From positions 8,674 through 72,673 of the forward strand of contig CALUMM010000002.1 of the NCBI GenBank assembly GCA_944321755.1: DNA of 64,000 bases. The letters are read 5' to 3'. Every line of letters begins with the position of its first letter. The first letter of the stretch is position 1. The translations under genes were made by a program, and so were the position numbers. This document shows positions 38,039-47,492 of this stretch, piece by piece. Source of the DNA: an uncultured Alistipes sp. GTDB taxonomy: Bacteria; Bacteroidota; Bacteroidia; Bacteroidales; Rikenellaceae. The notes below the pieces were generated by a model. The model was not told the origin of the DNA. It saw nothing but the letters and a program-made list of their open reading frames with translations, and ran no database searches.

Positions 38039-39508
38039 TCAGTTTTTTTGCGTCGCGGCGAGGAGCCCGAAGGCCTTGCGGACCTCCTCGCGGTCATCGA
38101 AATGGTGTTTCACGTCGCCCAGGATCTGGTAGGTCTCGTGCCCCTTTCCGGCCACGAGCAGGATATCCCCGGGGTGCGAGAGCAGCACCGCCGTGCGGAT
38201 CGCCTCCGCGCGGTCCGTGATGCGCACGCAGCGCGTTCCGGGCTGCAGCCCCGCGACCATCTCGTCGAGGATCGCCTCGGGAGACTCATGCCGGGGGTTG
38301 TCCGACGTAAAGATCGCCGTCGAGGCGTACTTCACGGCAATCCGGGCCATTTCGGGACGCTTCGTGCGGTCGCGGTCGCCGCCGCAGCCGCACACCACGA
38401 TCAGCTGCTGTGCGGGCGTGCGGATCTCCTCGATCGTGCGCAGGACATTCTCCAGCGCATCGGGCGTATGGGCGTAGTCGACCACGGCCACGGTCCCGTT
38501 CCCGGCACGGACGATCTCGAAACGCCCGCTCACGGGGTGCAGCGTCGACAGCACGCGCAGCACCTCCCCGCGGTCGAGCCCCAGCAGCACCGCGGCACCG
38601 TAGACGGCCACGAGGTTGTAGGCGTTGAAGCGTCCCAGGAGCCCCGTCCAGAGCTCCTGCCCGTCGATGCGCAGCAGCATTCCGTCGACGTGCATTTCGA
38701 TGATCTTGCAGCGGAAATCGGCCATCTCCCGCAGCGAATAGGTGCTCACCGCCGCGGCGGTGTTCTGCACCATCACCATTCCGTTTCGGTCGTCGGCGTT
38801 CGTCAGCGCAAAGGCCCCCTTGGGCAGCCCGTCGAAGAAGCGTTTCTTGGCCCGGATGTACTCGGCGAAGGTCTTGTGGTAGTCGAGGTGGTCGTGGGTG
38901 ATGTTCGAGAAGATCCCCCCGGCGAAATCGAGCCCGCGGGTCCGCTCCTGCACGATGGCGTGCGACGAGCACTCCATGAAGCAGAATTCGCACCCCGCAT
39001 CGGCCATTTCGCGCATCATGGCATTCAGACGGATCGGGTCGGGCGTGGTGTGCGTGGCCTCGATCTCGCGGCCGTCGACCTTGTAGACCACCGTGGAGAT
39101 CAGCCCCGCGCGATAGCCCAGGGCCCGCACCAGGTCGTACAGCAGCGTCACGGTCGTCGTCTTGCCGTTCGTGCCGGTGATGCCCACGAGCTTCAGCTCC
39201 CGGCTCGGGAAGCCGTAGAAGGCCGCAGCCAGGTCGGCCATCGCCCCGGCCGAATCCGGGACCACGACGTAGGCCACCCCTTCGGCGGGTTCGGCGGGCA
39301 GCTGCTCGCAGACCACCGCCGCGGCACCCTTCCCGACCGCCATCGGAATATAGTCGTGCCCGTCGCTCTGCGTCCCGCGAATGGCGAAGAAGCAGTCGCC
39401 GGGCCGGACGTTCCGCGAATCGTAGGTCAGACCCCCGATTTCGGTTTCAGGATCGCCATGCACCGCCCCGACAGGCGTGTAATGCAGTATTTCCTCAATT
39501 TTTTTCAT
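38039..39508 (-). CDS. murE: UDP-MurNAc-dipeptide:meso-DAP ligase
   Basis: GTNGKTT, VDYAHTPDA, DNPR and AGKGHE motifs. Confidence 0.97.
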   Translation of the reverse strand: MKKIEEILHYTPVGAVHGDPETEIGGLTYDSRNVRPGDCFFAIRGTQSDGHDYIPMAVGKGAAAVVCEQLPAEPAEGVAYVVVPDSAGAMADLAAAFYGFPSRELKLVGITGTNGKTTTVTLLYDLVRALGYRAGLISTVVYKVDGREIEATHTTPDPIRLNAMMREMADAGCEFCFMECSSHAIVQERTRGLDFAGGIFSNITHDHLDYHKTFAEYIRAKKRFFDGLPKGAFALTNADDRNGMVMVQNTAAAVSTYSLREMADFRCKIIEMHVDGMLLRIDGQELWTGLLGRFNAYNLVAVYGAAVLLGLDRGEVLRVLSTLHPVSGRFEIVRAGNGTVAVVDYAHTPDALENVLRTIEEIRTPAQQLIVVCGCGGDRDRTKRPEMARIAVKYASTAIFTSDNPRHESPEAILDEMVAGLQPGTRCVRITDRAEAIRTAVLLSHPGDILLVAGKGHETYQILGDVKHHFDDREEVRKAFGLLAATQKN

Positions 39509-39509
39509 C

Positions 39510-41768
39510 TCATTTCAACGTTATGGTTACCGCCGCGCCCGGCGTAATGCGGGACCCGGCGGGAATCGTTTGCTGCACAACGCTCCCCTGCCCCGAGAAG
39601 CGGACCTTCAGCCCGCGGCTTTCGAGCAGGAACAGCGCATCCTTCAGCCCCATGCCGCGCACGTCGGGCATGACGCCCGGGGTGTCGGGAAGGGTCGTGA
39701 CGACCACCCGGGCAAGGCTGTCCACCCGGACCTTTCCCCACCCCGTGCGGTGATCGTATTCCGTGCGGGGCGAGAACTTCCCCGCCACACGGCGGATCTG
39801 GGCGATGTCGCCCCCCTTGATCCGTTCCGGATAGCGGCGCGGGCCGTCGGACTCGACCCTTCCGTACCAGTCGTGGCCGCGGTTGTAGATGTAGTCGACC
39901 ATGCGCTTCACCACCGGTCCGGCCAGCGGACCTCCGTAGTAGGCCTTGCCGGGCTGGGCCCGGGTCTCGATCGTCGTCAGCACCGTATAGCGCGGAGCAT
40001 CGGCCGGGAAGTAGGCGATCATCGAACCCAGATAGGGACGTCCGCCCTCGGTCGGGGCGGTGATCTGCGCCGTACCGGTCTTGGCCGCCACCCGGACGCG
40101 CGTCGTGTCACGGAAGAAGTTGCTGGCCGTACCCTCCGTACAGACGGCCTGCAGGCATCGCTGCACCTCGTGCAGGGTCGAACGCGAGGCGATCGACGAG
40201 GCGATCGTGCGGCTTTCGAAGCGCTCCTCCACCCGGTCGCCGCGCCGCAGTTCGCGGATCAGCACCGGAGAGATCATCTTTCCGCCGTTGGCGATGGCGT
40301 TGTAGAAGGTGATCATCTGGATCGGCGCCAGCCGCACGCGGTATCCGTAGGCCATCTTGACGAGCATCACCCCCGGATCGGGGACCTTCCAGTCGGTCGT
40401 GATCGAGGGCTTGCGCTCACCGAGGCGCTCCAGCCCGACGGTCTCGCCCAGGTGCAGCGTCTCGTGGAGATACTTGCTGTAATCGAACTTTTTGCCCGTA
40501 ATGCCGTAGCGGTCCCATACCGCCTCGGCGAAGTAGACGTTCGACGACGAGGCCACGGCACGCCGGAAGTCGATCTCATGGTCACCGCGGTGCGAATCGC
40601 GGATGTTCCGTGCCGGACCCACCGTCACCGGATCGCCGTTGTGGGCGTCGTAGACCGTCGCGGGCGACATCCGGGCATCGTCCAGCAGCGTGAGCATCGT
40701 GGCCAGCTTGAAGGTCGATCCCGGCTCCATCGAACGGCTCAGGGCGTAGTTTTCGCGTTCGGAGTAACCGCCGCCGGGATCGCGTCCAAGGTTTGCCAGA
40801 GCCAGGATCTCGCCCGTGCGGACCTCCATGACGATCGTCGTGCCCCAAACGGCATTCTGGCGCTCCAGCTGCTGCCGCAGGGCCTTGTCGGCGACATCCT
40901 GCAGATCGACGTCGAGTGTCGTCACCACGTCGTACCCGTCCACCGGGTCCTCGTGGTCGCCGCCCGCCACCCGGCCGTAGAACCCCCGGGCGATCCTTTG
41001 CCGCAGCGCCTTGCCGGGCTTCCCGGCCAGCTCTTCGCGGTAGGCCTCCTCGATGCCGTAGTTGCCGCGGTCACCCGTCAGGCCGATCGTCCGCCGGGCC
41101 AGCTCGCCCTGCGGGTAGATGCGTTCGTCACGCTCGACAAGGTTGTAGACCATGCCCATGTTCCAGTTCAGCAGCGGATAGCGCCGCAGCACCTCCCACT
41201 CGGCATAATCCACCTCGCGGGGAAAGATGTTCACGGGCGTATGGTCGCGCAGCGTGTCGTAGATGCAGTGCGTGACATACTCCTCGCCCCGGAGCCGGTT
41301 GATGAAGCGGGCAATCAACCCTTTCGACTTGAGGTAGGTCGTATCCCGGGGCCGCACCAGCCGGTAACGCCGGGCGTGTTCGTCGCGGAACATCCGGGCA
41401 TAGGCCGAAGCGGGCTTGTCCCTGAAGAAGGCAGCCAGGAGCTTGGCCAGCGAATCGGACTGTTCGCGGAAGGTGTCGAGCGAGTCGAGCCCCGGGGATG
41501 CGAAGTCGAAGGCGGCCTGATAGCGGAAAATCGACGTGGCGAGCGGTTCGCCGTCCCGCGAGAGGATACTGCCGCGCTGGGCCGGGATCACCTCCCGGGT
41601 GAAGATGCGGCTGGCCAGCCGGTCGGCGTTGTAGGCCACCTCCGAACTGAAGAGCTGCACCCAGACGAGGCGTGCGAGCACGACACCCCCGACGAGGATG
41701 AACAGCACGTACAACAGCCTCACCCGCAACAGAATATCGCTCTTGACTTTCGATCGTTCCTGCTTCAT
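39510..41768 (-). CDS. ftsI: Division penicillin-binding protein FtsI/PBP3 with PASTA domain
   Basis: EPGSTFK, SSN and KTGTAQ motifs; C-terminal MPDVRGM PASTA domain. Confidence 0.9.
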   Translation of the reverse strand: MKQERSKVKSDILLRVRLLYVLFILVGGVVLARLVWVQLFSSEVAYNADRLASRIFTREVIPAQRGSILSRDGEPLATSIFRYQAAFDFASPGLDSLDTFREQSDSLAKLLAAFFRDKPASAYARMFRDEHARRYRLVRPRDTTYLKSKGLIARFINRLRGEEYVTHCIYDTLRDHTPVNIFPREVDYAEWEVLRRYPLLNWNMGMVYNLVERDERIYPQGELARRTIGLTGDRGNYGIEEAYREELAGKPGKALRQRIARGFYGRVAGGDHEDPVDGYDVVTTLDVDLQDVADKALRQQLERQNAVWGTTIVMEVRTGEILALANLGRDPGGGYSERENYALSRSMEPGSTFKLATMLTLLDDARMSPATVYDAHNGDPVTVGPARNIRDSHRGDHEIDFRRAVASSSNVYFAEAVWDRYGITGKKFDYSKYLHETLHLGETVGLERLGERKPSITTDWKVPDPGVMLVKMAYGYRVRLAPIQMITFYNAIANGGKMISPVLIRELRRGDRVEERFESRTIASSIASRSTLHEVQRCLQAVCTEGTASNFFRDTTRVRVAAKTGTAQITAPTEGGRPYLGSMIAYFPADAPRYTVLTTIETRAQPGKAYYGGPLAGPVVKRMVDYIYNRGHDWYGRVESDGPRRYPERIKGGDIAQIRRVAGKFSPRTEYDHRTGWGKVRVDSLARVVVTTLPDTPGVMPDVRGMGLKDALFLLESRGLKVRFSGQGSVVQQTIPAGSRITPGAAVTITLK

Positions 41769-41774
41769 CGCCGG

Positions 41775-42290
41775 TCAGTTTTCGATGATTTCGCCCGGGG
41801 CGAGCGGGTCGTAGAGGTCGATGCCGCGCGCGTGGAGTTCCTCGATGATGGCCGAATGGGTCGTCCGCTGGAAACGCTGCTCCTGGAGGCGGATCGAACG
41901 TTCGCGGAGCTTCTGCACGTCGCGCGCAAGGCGCGTATAACGCATGTCGAGGTGCAGGGACCAGAACATCACCACGATGCTCAGGAAGAAGGTCCCGGCA
42001 ATGGTCAACAGGTAGGGATAATACTGCGAAACACCCTTCCGCACGAGGATCGAACCCGAAAAGAGCTGCCAGAAGGTACTCGACCGACGGCGCCGTTCGC
42101 GAGCCTCGCGGGCCTGGGCTTCGGCCTGTTCTGCGGCTTCGCGCTCCTCGTCGGCACGGATCTCCTCGTCGGCCTCCCCGCGCTCCATGCGGCGCACCTC
42201 GCGCCGCACGCGCCGCGCGAACTCCGCCTCCTCCCGGCGGCGGGCCTCCTCTTCGGGGGTGATGGGATCGAATTCGTGATCGCGGTACAT
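41775..42290 (-). CDS. ftsL: FtsL-like cell division protein
   Basis: Located between rsmH and ftsI; single TM followed by a coiled coil; charged N-terminal extension. Confidence 0.7.
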   Translation of the reverse strand: MYRDHEFDPITPEEEARRREEAEFARRVRREVRRMERGEADEEIRADEEREAAEQAEAQAREARERRRRSSTFWQLFSGSILVRKGVSQYYPYLLTIAGTFFLSIVVMFWSLHLDMRYTRLARDVQKLRERSIRLQEQRFQRTTHSAIIEELHARGIDLYDPLAPGEIIEN

Positions 42291-42294
42291 GGCA

Positions 42295-43197
42295 TCAGCG
42301 TTTTACGGCCGCCCGGAGCTTGGCCGAACGGGAGCGGGGATTGCGGGCCAGCTCCTCCGCGGAGGGGACCACCGCCTTGCGGGTCACCGCCTCGAAGGGG
42401 GCCAGCGAGCGCCCGAAAAAGTCCTTCTCGGCCTCACCCGAGAAGTTCCCGCTGCGCAGGAAATTCTTCACCAGGCGGTCTTCGAGCGAGTGGTAGGAGA
42501 TCACCACCAGCCGCCCGCCGGGTTTCAGCACCTTGAGACTCTGCTCCAGGGCCATCTTCAACGCCTCCATCTCGCCGTTGACCTCGATGCGCAGGGCCTG
42601 GAAGAGTTTCGTGAGGAACTTTGCGGCATCCTTGGCCGGAGTGCAGGGTTTCACCGCCTCGACCAGCTGCGCCGTCGTGGTCACGGGCGCCGCCGCCCGG
42701 GCCTTCACCAAGCAGTTGGCCACCTTCCACGGAGTCTCCAGTTCGCCCCAGTCGCCCAGAATGCGGGTCAGCTCCTCAACCGGGGCGGTGTTCACGACAT
42801 CGGCCGCCGTGAGGCGTCCGCGCTGGTTCATGCGCATGTCGAGCGGCGCATCGCCGCGGAACGAGAAACCCCGTTCGAGGGCGTCGAAGTGGTGCGACGA
42901 AACCCCGAGGTCGGCCAGAATGCCGTCGACCTCCATCACGCCACGTAACCGCAGCGCCCCGCGCAGGAAGCGGAAGTTGCTTTCGACGTAGTGGAAGCGC
43001 GGATCGTCGGGGCAGTTCGCCCGGGTATCGCGGTCCTGGTCGAAGGCGTAGAGGCGCCCTTCGGGCCCCAGATCGGCGAGAATGCGGCGCGAATGTCCGC
43101 CTCCGCCGAACGTGAGGTCGGCGTAGGTCCCCTCCGGCACGATACCGAGCAGGCCCACAGACTCTTCCAGAAGCACGGGTGTATGATAGAGCGGCAT
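42295..43197 (-). CDS. rsmH: 16S rRNA m4C1402 methyltransferase
   Basis: YHTPVLLEE, DLTFGGGGHS, DLGVSS, FQALRIEVN and NPRSRSAKLR motifs; true start at 43197. Confidence 0.96.
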   Translation of the reverse strand: MPLYHTPVLLEESVGLLGIVPEGTYADLTFGGGGHSRRILADLGPEGRLYAFDQDRDTRANCPDDPRFHYVESNFRFLRGALRLRGVMEVDGILADLGVSSHHFDALERGFSFRGDAPLDMRMNQRGRLTAADVVNTAPVEELTRILGDWGELETPWKVANCLVKARAAAPVTTTAQLVEAVKPCTPAKDAAKFLTKLFQALRIEVNGEMEALKMALEQSLKVLKPGGRLVVISYHSLEDRLVKNFLRSGNFSGEAEKDFFGRSLAPFEAVTRKAVVPSAEELARNPRSRSAKLRAAVKR

Positions 43198-43290
43198 GGT
43201 TGCGGTCGACAAAGGTCTATTTGGGTGTAAAGTTAGTGTTTTTCTGAAAAAGAATCCGTATATTTGTGGTATTAAATTTTCGAAGACCCC

Positions 43291-44124
43291 ATGCCCCAGA
43301 TCGATATCGGCGCCGTAATCAGGGAGAAAGCCCCGCGCGCGGCCCGCTGGATTCCCCGTCCGGTGGTCACGTGGCTGCGGCGCACGATCCACGAACGCGA
43401 GATCAACCACATCCTCGCCAACTACTGGACGCTGCCGCCCCAGGAGTTTATCCGTGCGGCCTTCCGCGAATGGCAGGTCTCCTACTCGATAGAGGGGCTC
43501 GACCGCCTCGACCCGAAGGGCCGCTACCTCTTCGTCTCGAACCACCCCTTCGGGGGCATGGACGGCATGATGCTCGCCGACAAGCTGATCGAACACTTCG
43601 GCGACGCCCGCGTGGTGGTCAACGACCTCTTGATGCACCTCGAACCGCTGCGTCCGCTCTGGATCCCCGTCAACAAACACGGCTCGCAAAACGCGGCCTA
43701 CGCACGGAAATTCGACGAGGAGTTCTTCGGCGAGCGCCCGATCCTGACCTTCCCCGCGGGGCTCTGCTCGCGGACAGTCAACGGCCGGGTCACCGACCCC
43801 GAATGGAAAATCAGCTTCCTGAAAAAAGCCTATGCCTCGCAACGGAAAATCGTGCCGGTCTTCGTCGAAGGGCGTCTGTCGAACTTCTTCTACCGGGTCT
43901 ACCACCTGCGCAAGGCCCTGGGCGTGAAGTTCAACATCGAGATGCTGTGGCTCCCCGACGAGATGTTCTCCCAGAAGGGCCGCCACTTCCGGATCGTTGT
44001 GGGCGATCCGATCACGGTTGCGGAACTCCAACCCTGCGGATCCCTTCGCGAACAGGTCGAAGAGGTCCGCAAAAAGGTCTATTCATTGGAAAAAACGCTC
44101 GACAAACCGGCAAAATACCGCTAA
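43291..44124 (+). CDS. PlsC-like O-acyltransferase (GlsA/OlsA-like)
   Basis: SNHPFGGMDG and FPAG motifs; paired with the downstream GNAT gene; TATATTTG at 43259-43266. Confidence 0.8.
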   Translation: MPQIDIGAVIREKAPRAARWIPRPVVTWLRRTIHEREINHILANYWTLPPQEFIRAAFREWQVSYSIEGLDRLDPKGRYLFVSNHPFGGMDGMMLADKLIEHFGDARVVVNDLLMHLEPLRPLWIPVNKHGSQNAAYARKFDEEFFGERPILTFPAGLCSRTVNGRVTDPEWKISFLKKAYASQRKIVPVFVEGRLSNFFYRVYHLRKALGVKFNIEMLWLPDEMFSQKGRHFRIVVGDPITVAELQPCGSLREQVEEVRKKVYSLEKTLDKPAKYR

Positions 44125-44146
44125 TTATTGGTATTTTTGCGGTGTC

Positions 44147-45163
44147 ATGCAACAGAAAAACATGGAACCCATCATCGAACCCGTCGACCGGGAGCTGCTG
44201 CTTGCGGAACTCACCCCCGCCCGCAAGGTCCGCGATACCCACAAGGCCGGCAACGAAATCTATATCTTCCCGGCTTCGGAGTGCCCGTCGCTGATGCGCG
44301 AGATCGGGCGTCTGCGCGAGGTGGCGTTCCGCGGCGCCGGAGGCGGTACGGGCCATGAGGTCGACATCGACGAGGAGGACCTCGCGCCCGACGGCTACTA
44401 CCAGCTCATCGTCTGGGACCCCGCCGCGCAGGAGATCATCGGCGGCTACCGGTTCATCATCTGCACCACACCCTATCCGCGCCACCTCTCCACGGAGCAC
44501 TACTTCCGCTTCAGCGAGCGCTTCCGCCAAAAATACCTGCCCCGGACCATCGAACTCGGACGTTCGTTCATCCAGCCCTCCTACCAGGCCCGCGGCAACT
44601 CGAAGAGCATCTACGCCCTGGATAACCTCTGGGACGGACTCGGGGCGCTGATCGTACTGAATCCCAGAGCGAAATACCTCTTCGGCAAGGTCACCATGTA
44701 CACCACCTACAAGGCCGTGGCGCGCAATGCGCTGATCTGGTTCCTGCGCCGCTACTTCCCCGACCGCGAGGGGCTGGTCGAGGGGATCCATCCGATTCAG
44801 CTCGACCTGGACGACCCCTACTACGAGGAGCTCTTCTCGGGCGAAACCTACATGGAGAATTACCGGATCCTGATCCAGAAGGTGCGTGAGTTCAACGAGA
44901 ACATCCCGCCGCTGATCAACGCCTACATGAATCTCTCGCCGACGATGCGGGTTTTCGACACGGTTTCGAACCCCGATTTCGGAGGGGTGGAGGAGACGGG
45001 GATCCTGGTGACGATCCGGGACATCTATCCCGAGAAACGGCTGCGCTACACGCGCTGGCAGGGGTGGCGGGCCAACCTCAAGCACCGCCGCGAGGAGTTC
45101 AGCGAACAACTCCTCCAACACCTCGGCCGCATCACCAAAAACACGAAAAAACGGAACGTCTGA
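44147..45163 (+). CDS. GNAT-family N-acyltransferase (GlsB/OlsB-like, 'hemolysin')
   Basis: EIGRLRE..FR, IIGGYR, IELGRSF, LWDGLG and IPPLINAY motifs. Confidence 0.8.
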   Translation: MQQKNMEPIIEPVDRELLLAELTPARKVRDTHKAGNEIYIFPASECPSLMREIGRLREVAFRGAGGGTGHEVDIDEEDLAPDGYYQLIVWDPAAQEIIGGYRFIICTTPYPRHLSTEHYFRFSERFRQKYLPRTIELGRSFIQPSYQARGNSKSIYALDNLWDGLGALIVLNPRAKYLFGKVTMYTTYKAVARNALIWFLRRYFPDREGLVEGIHPIQLDLDDPYYEELFSGETYMENYRILIQKVREFNENIPPLINAYMNLSPTMRVFDTVSNPDFGGVEETGILVTIRDIYPEKRLRYTRWQGWRANLKHRREEFSEQLLQHLGRITKNTKKRNV

Positions 45164-45180
45164 ACGTTCCGTTTTTTCGT
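45143..45180 (+). terminator. Intrinsic terminator overlapping the GNAT stop codon
   Basis: Perfect 16-bp inverted repeat acgaaaaaacggaacg / cgttccgttttttcgt. Confidence 0.8.
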
Positions 45181-45419
45181 TGCCCGACAGAGAGAAGAGA
45201 GAGAAGCAGCCCCGGGGAGCCCCGGGGAGCAGCGGGGAGCGGCGGAGAGCGGGCGGGAAGAGCGGGCGGGAAGAGCGGGCGGGAAAGACTCCGCGCCGGA
45301 CCCCAGGCCACGGCGGACAGAAAACGCCGTCCCGAAGCCACCGGAAGCGGAGCCTCAACGAGTGAACGGATTGATGCGGATTACTCCCGCGCCCCGATCA
45401 CATTCCAACGCCCGGAGGC

Positions 45420-47492
45420 TCACTGCGCCGCGGTCATCTCCGCCACGAGTTCCCCGGCCCCGCCGTAACGGTCGATGAGCATCAGGATGCTCCGCACATC
45501 GACGGTAATGACCCGGTGCAGGTCGGGATCGTAGCCGTAGTCGCGTGTCATCGACTCCCAGTTGCAGTCGCAGACCAGTCCGATCAGCCGCAGCCGGGCA
45601 TCGAGCATCGGACTCCCGGAATTCCCGCCCGTCACGTCGCCGTCGGTGATGAAGCAGAGCGGCGTATCGGCCAGTGCTCCTTCGCGGCACGCCGCATCGA
45701 GTTCCCGGAGGCGGTCCGTGCGGCGGTAGTCGGGATTCACGCCGTCATCCTTGTCGGCGATCTCCGAGAAGCGGGTCTGGAATCCGCGCGTATCCAGCCC
45801 GCGGACCCGTCCGTAGGAGAAGCGCAGCGTCCGGTCGGCATCGGGGTAATAGGCCCCGCCGAGACAGGCGATCCGCGCTGCCCGGTAATCCTGTGCCGCC
45901 TGCCGGTCGGGCGTGCGGCTCTTCTCCGCAGCCCGGAGGCGCAGCCGGTGGAGCATCTCGTCGATCGAATGCTCGACCTCCACGACCGGATCCCCATCGT
46001 AGGAGCACCACGGAGCATCCAGCCAGCGGCGGATGCGTGCCGAATCGGCAAAGATCGACCGGGCATAAAGCGTATCGACAAAGCGCCGGATATCGCCTCC
46101 GTACAGAGAGTCGACCACATCGGTGTAGAACGACGGCAGGAACTCCGCCGGAACCTGCTGCCGGACGAGCTCCATGCCCAGAGCGGTCATTTCGCGATCC
46201 ACCTCGGGGACCATCCGTCCGTAATAATAGGCGGCATTGTTCAGGTAATCCTTCCGCGACATGCCGGTATTCACACCCCCCTTCCGCAACGTCTCCAGCC
46301 CGGAGCCGAAGGCCATCACGAAGTTGAGCATCCGGCTGCCGCGGTGAAAGCCTTCGAGCAGGCAGCCGACGGCCCGGGATTCCACCGAATCGGCCTGTGC
46401 ACGCTCCTGTTCCGTCAGGTAACGCGCCACACCGGGGTAGCGACCCTCCCGACGGGTCCATTCGACTAGCTGCCGTTCAAAGGCCCGCTTGCGGCCGATA
46501 AGGCCCTGCCGGTCGATCCACTCGTTCATCCCCAGGAGGTTCTTGTACTCGTTGGCCTGGGCGTTGAACTCCTCGTAGTAGGCCAGGTTCACCCCGCGGT
46601 CGGCCCGCATCCGTTGCTGGAGGGCTTCGAGCATCCGCCCGCGGATGGCGACGACCGGTTCATTGATCACATGCTTCGTCCGCCAGATTTCGGAGGAGGT
46701 GGCACTCCGCGCCGTCCGCATCGGATAGCCGAGGCTCAGGGCGAAATCCCCCTCGCCGTACCCCTCCCGGGAGACGTGGAGGAAATCCGCGCTGGCATAG
46801 GGCACATTCCCGGCGGCATAGGGTGCCGGGGTTCCGTCGGGCGCGGCATAGACCCGGAAGAGGGCGAAATCGGGGTTGTGACGCGGCCACATGTAGTTGT
46901 CGGTCTCACCGCCGAACTTCGCCACGCTCTGGGGCAGCACCCCCACGAGCCGCACGTCGTCGAAAACCTCGCTGCCGTAGAGCACGAAGCGCGTGGCGGC
47001 CTGGTAATCGCGTACCGTCCAGCGGTAACGGGGCGTCCGTGCGGCGTAATTCGCCGCGACCTTCCGCATCGCCTCGTACAGCGATGCTCCGCCCGCGGCG
47101 ATCCGCCGCACCTCGTCGGTCACGTCGCGCACGACCCGGTCGATCGCAACGCTCAGCCCCTCGACCGGCAGTTCGGGAACCCCGCCGACGGCCCAATAGC
47201 CCTCCTCGACGATATTCCGTTCGGGCGAGGAGTGCTGCGCCACGGCCTGATAGGCACAGTGGTAGTTGGTCAGCAGCAACCCCTTTCCGGAGACGAACGA
47301 CGCCGTACAACCCTGCCCGAAACGCACCACGGCACATGTCGCACGCTCGAAAGCCGCAGCATCGGCCTGCATTCCGAGCTCCCGCATGACGGCCTCGCGG
47401 CTCTCGTACTGCGTCGGGAGCCACATCCCTTCGTCGGCCCGGAGGCTCTGCACCGCCAGGCACAACGAAAGGATCAGCAGTACCCGTTTCAC
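45420..47492 (-). CDS. S46-family dipeptidyl peptidase
   Basis: ADEGMWLP, LLTNYHC, WPRH..DF and GGNSGSP motifs. GTG start at 47492 overlaps the upstream TGA; ATG 47513 is an alternative. Confidence 0.9.
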   Translation of the reverse strand: MKRVLLILSLCLAVQSLRADEGMWLPTQYESREAVMRELGMQADAAAFERATCAVVRFGQGCTASFVSGKGLLLTNYHCAYQAVAQHSSPERNIVEEGYWAVGGVPELPVEGLSVAIDRVVRDVTDEVRRIAAGGASLYEAMRKVAANYAARTPRYRWTVRDYQAATRFVLYGSEVFDDVRLVGVLPQSVAKFGGETDNYMWPRHNPDFALFRVYAAPDGTPAPYAAGNVPYASADFLHVSREGYGEGDFALSLGYPMRTARSATSSEIWRTKHVINEPVVAIRGRMLEALQQRMRADRGVNLAYYEEFNAQANEYKNLLGMNEWIDRQGLIGRKRAFERQLVEWTRREGRYPGVARYLTEQERAQADSVESRAVGCLLEGFHRGSRMLNFVMAFGSGLETLRKGGVNTGMSRKDYLNNAAYYYGRMVPEVDREMTALGMELVRQQVPAEFLPSFYTDVVDSLYGGDIRRFVDTLYARSIFADSARIRRWLDAPWCSYDGDPVVEVEHSIDEMLHRLRLRAAEKSRTPDRQAAQDYRAARIACLGGAYYPDADRTLRFSYGRVRGLDTRGFQTRFSEIADKDDGVNPDYRRTDRLRELDAACREGALADTPLCFITDGDVTGGNSGSPMLDARLRLIGLVCDCNWESMTRDYGYDPDLHRVITVDVRSILMLIDRYGGAGELVAEMTAAQ

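Noticed and set aside
43198-44031. N-terminal extension of RsmH in the 578-aa ORF
   Set aside because: It is antisense to the acyltransferase gene; RsmH homology starts at MPLYHTPVLL (43197).
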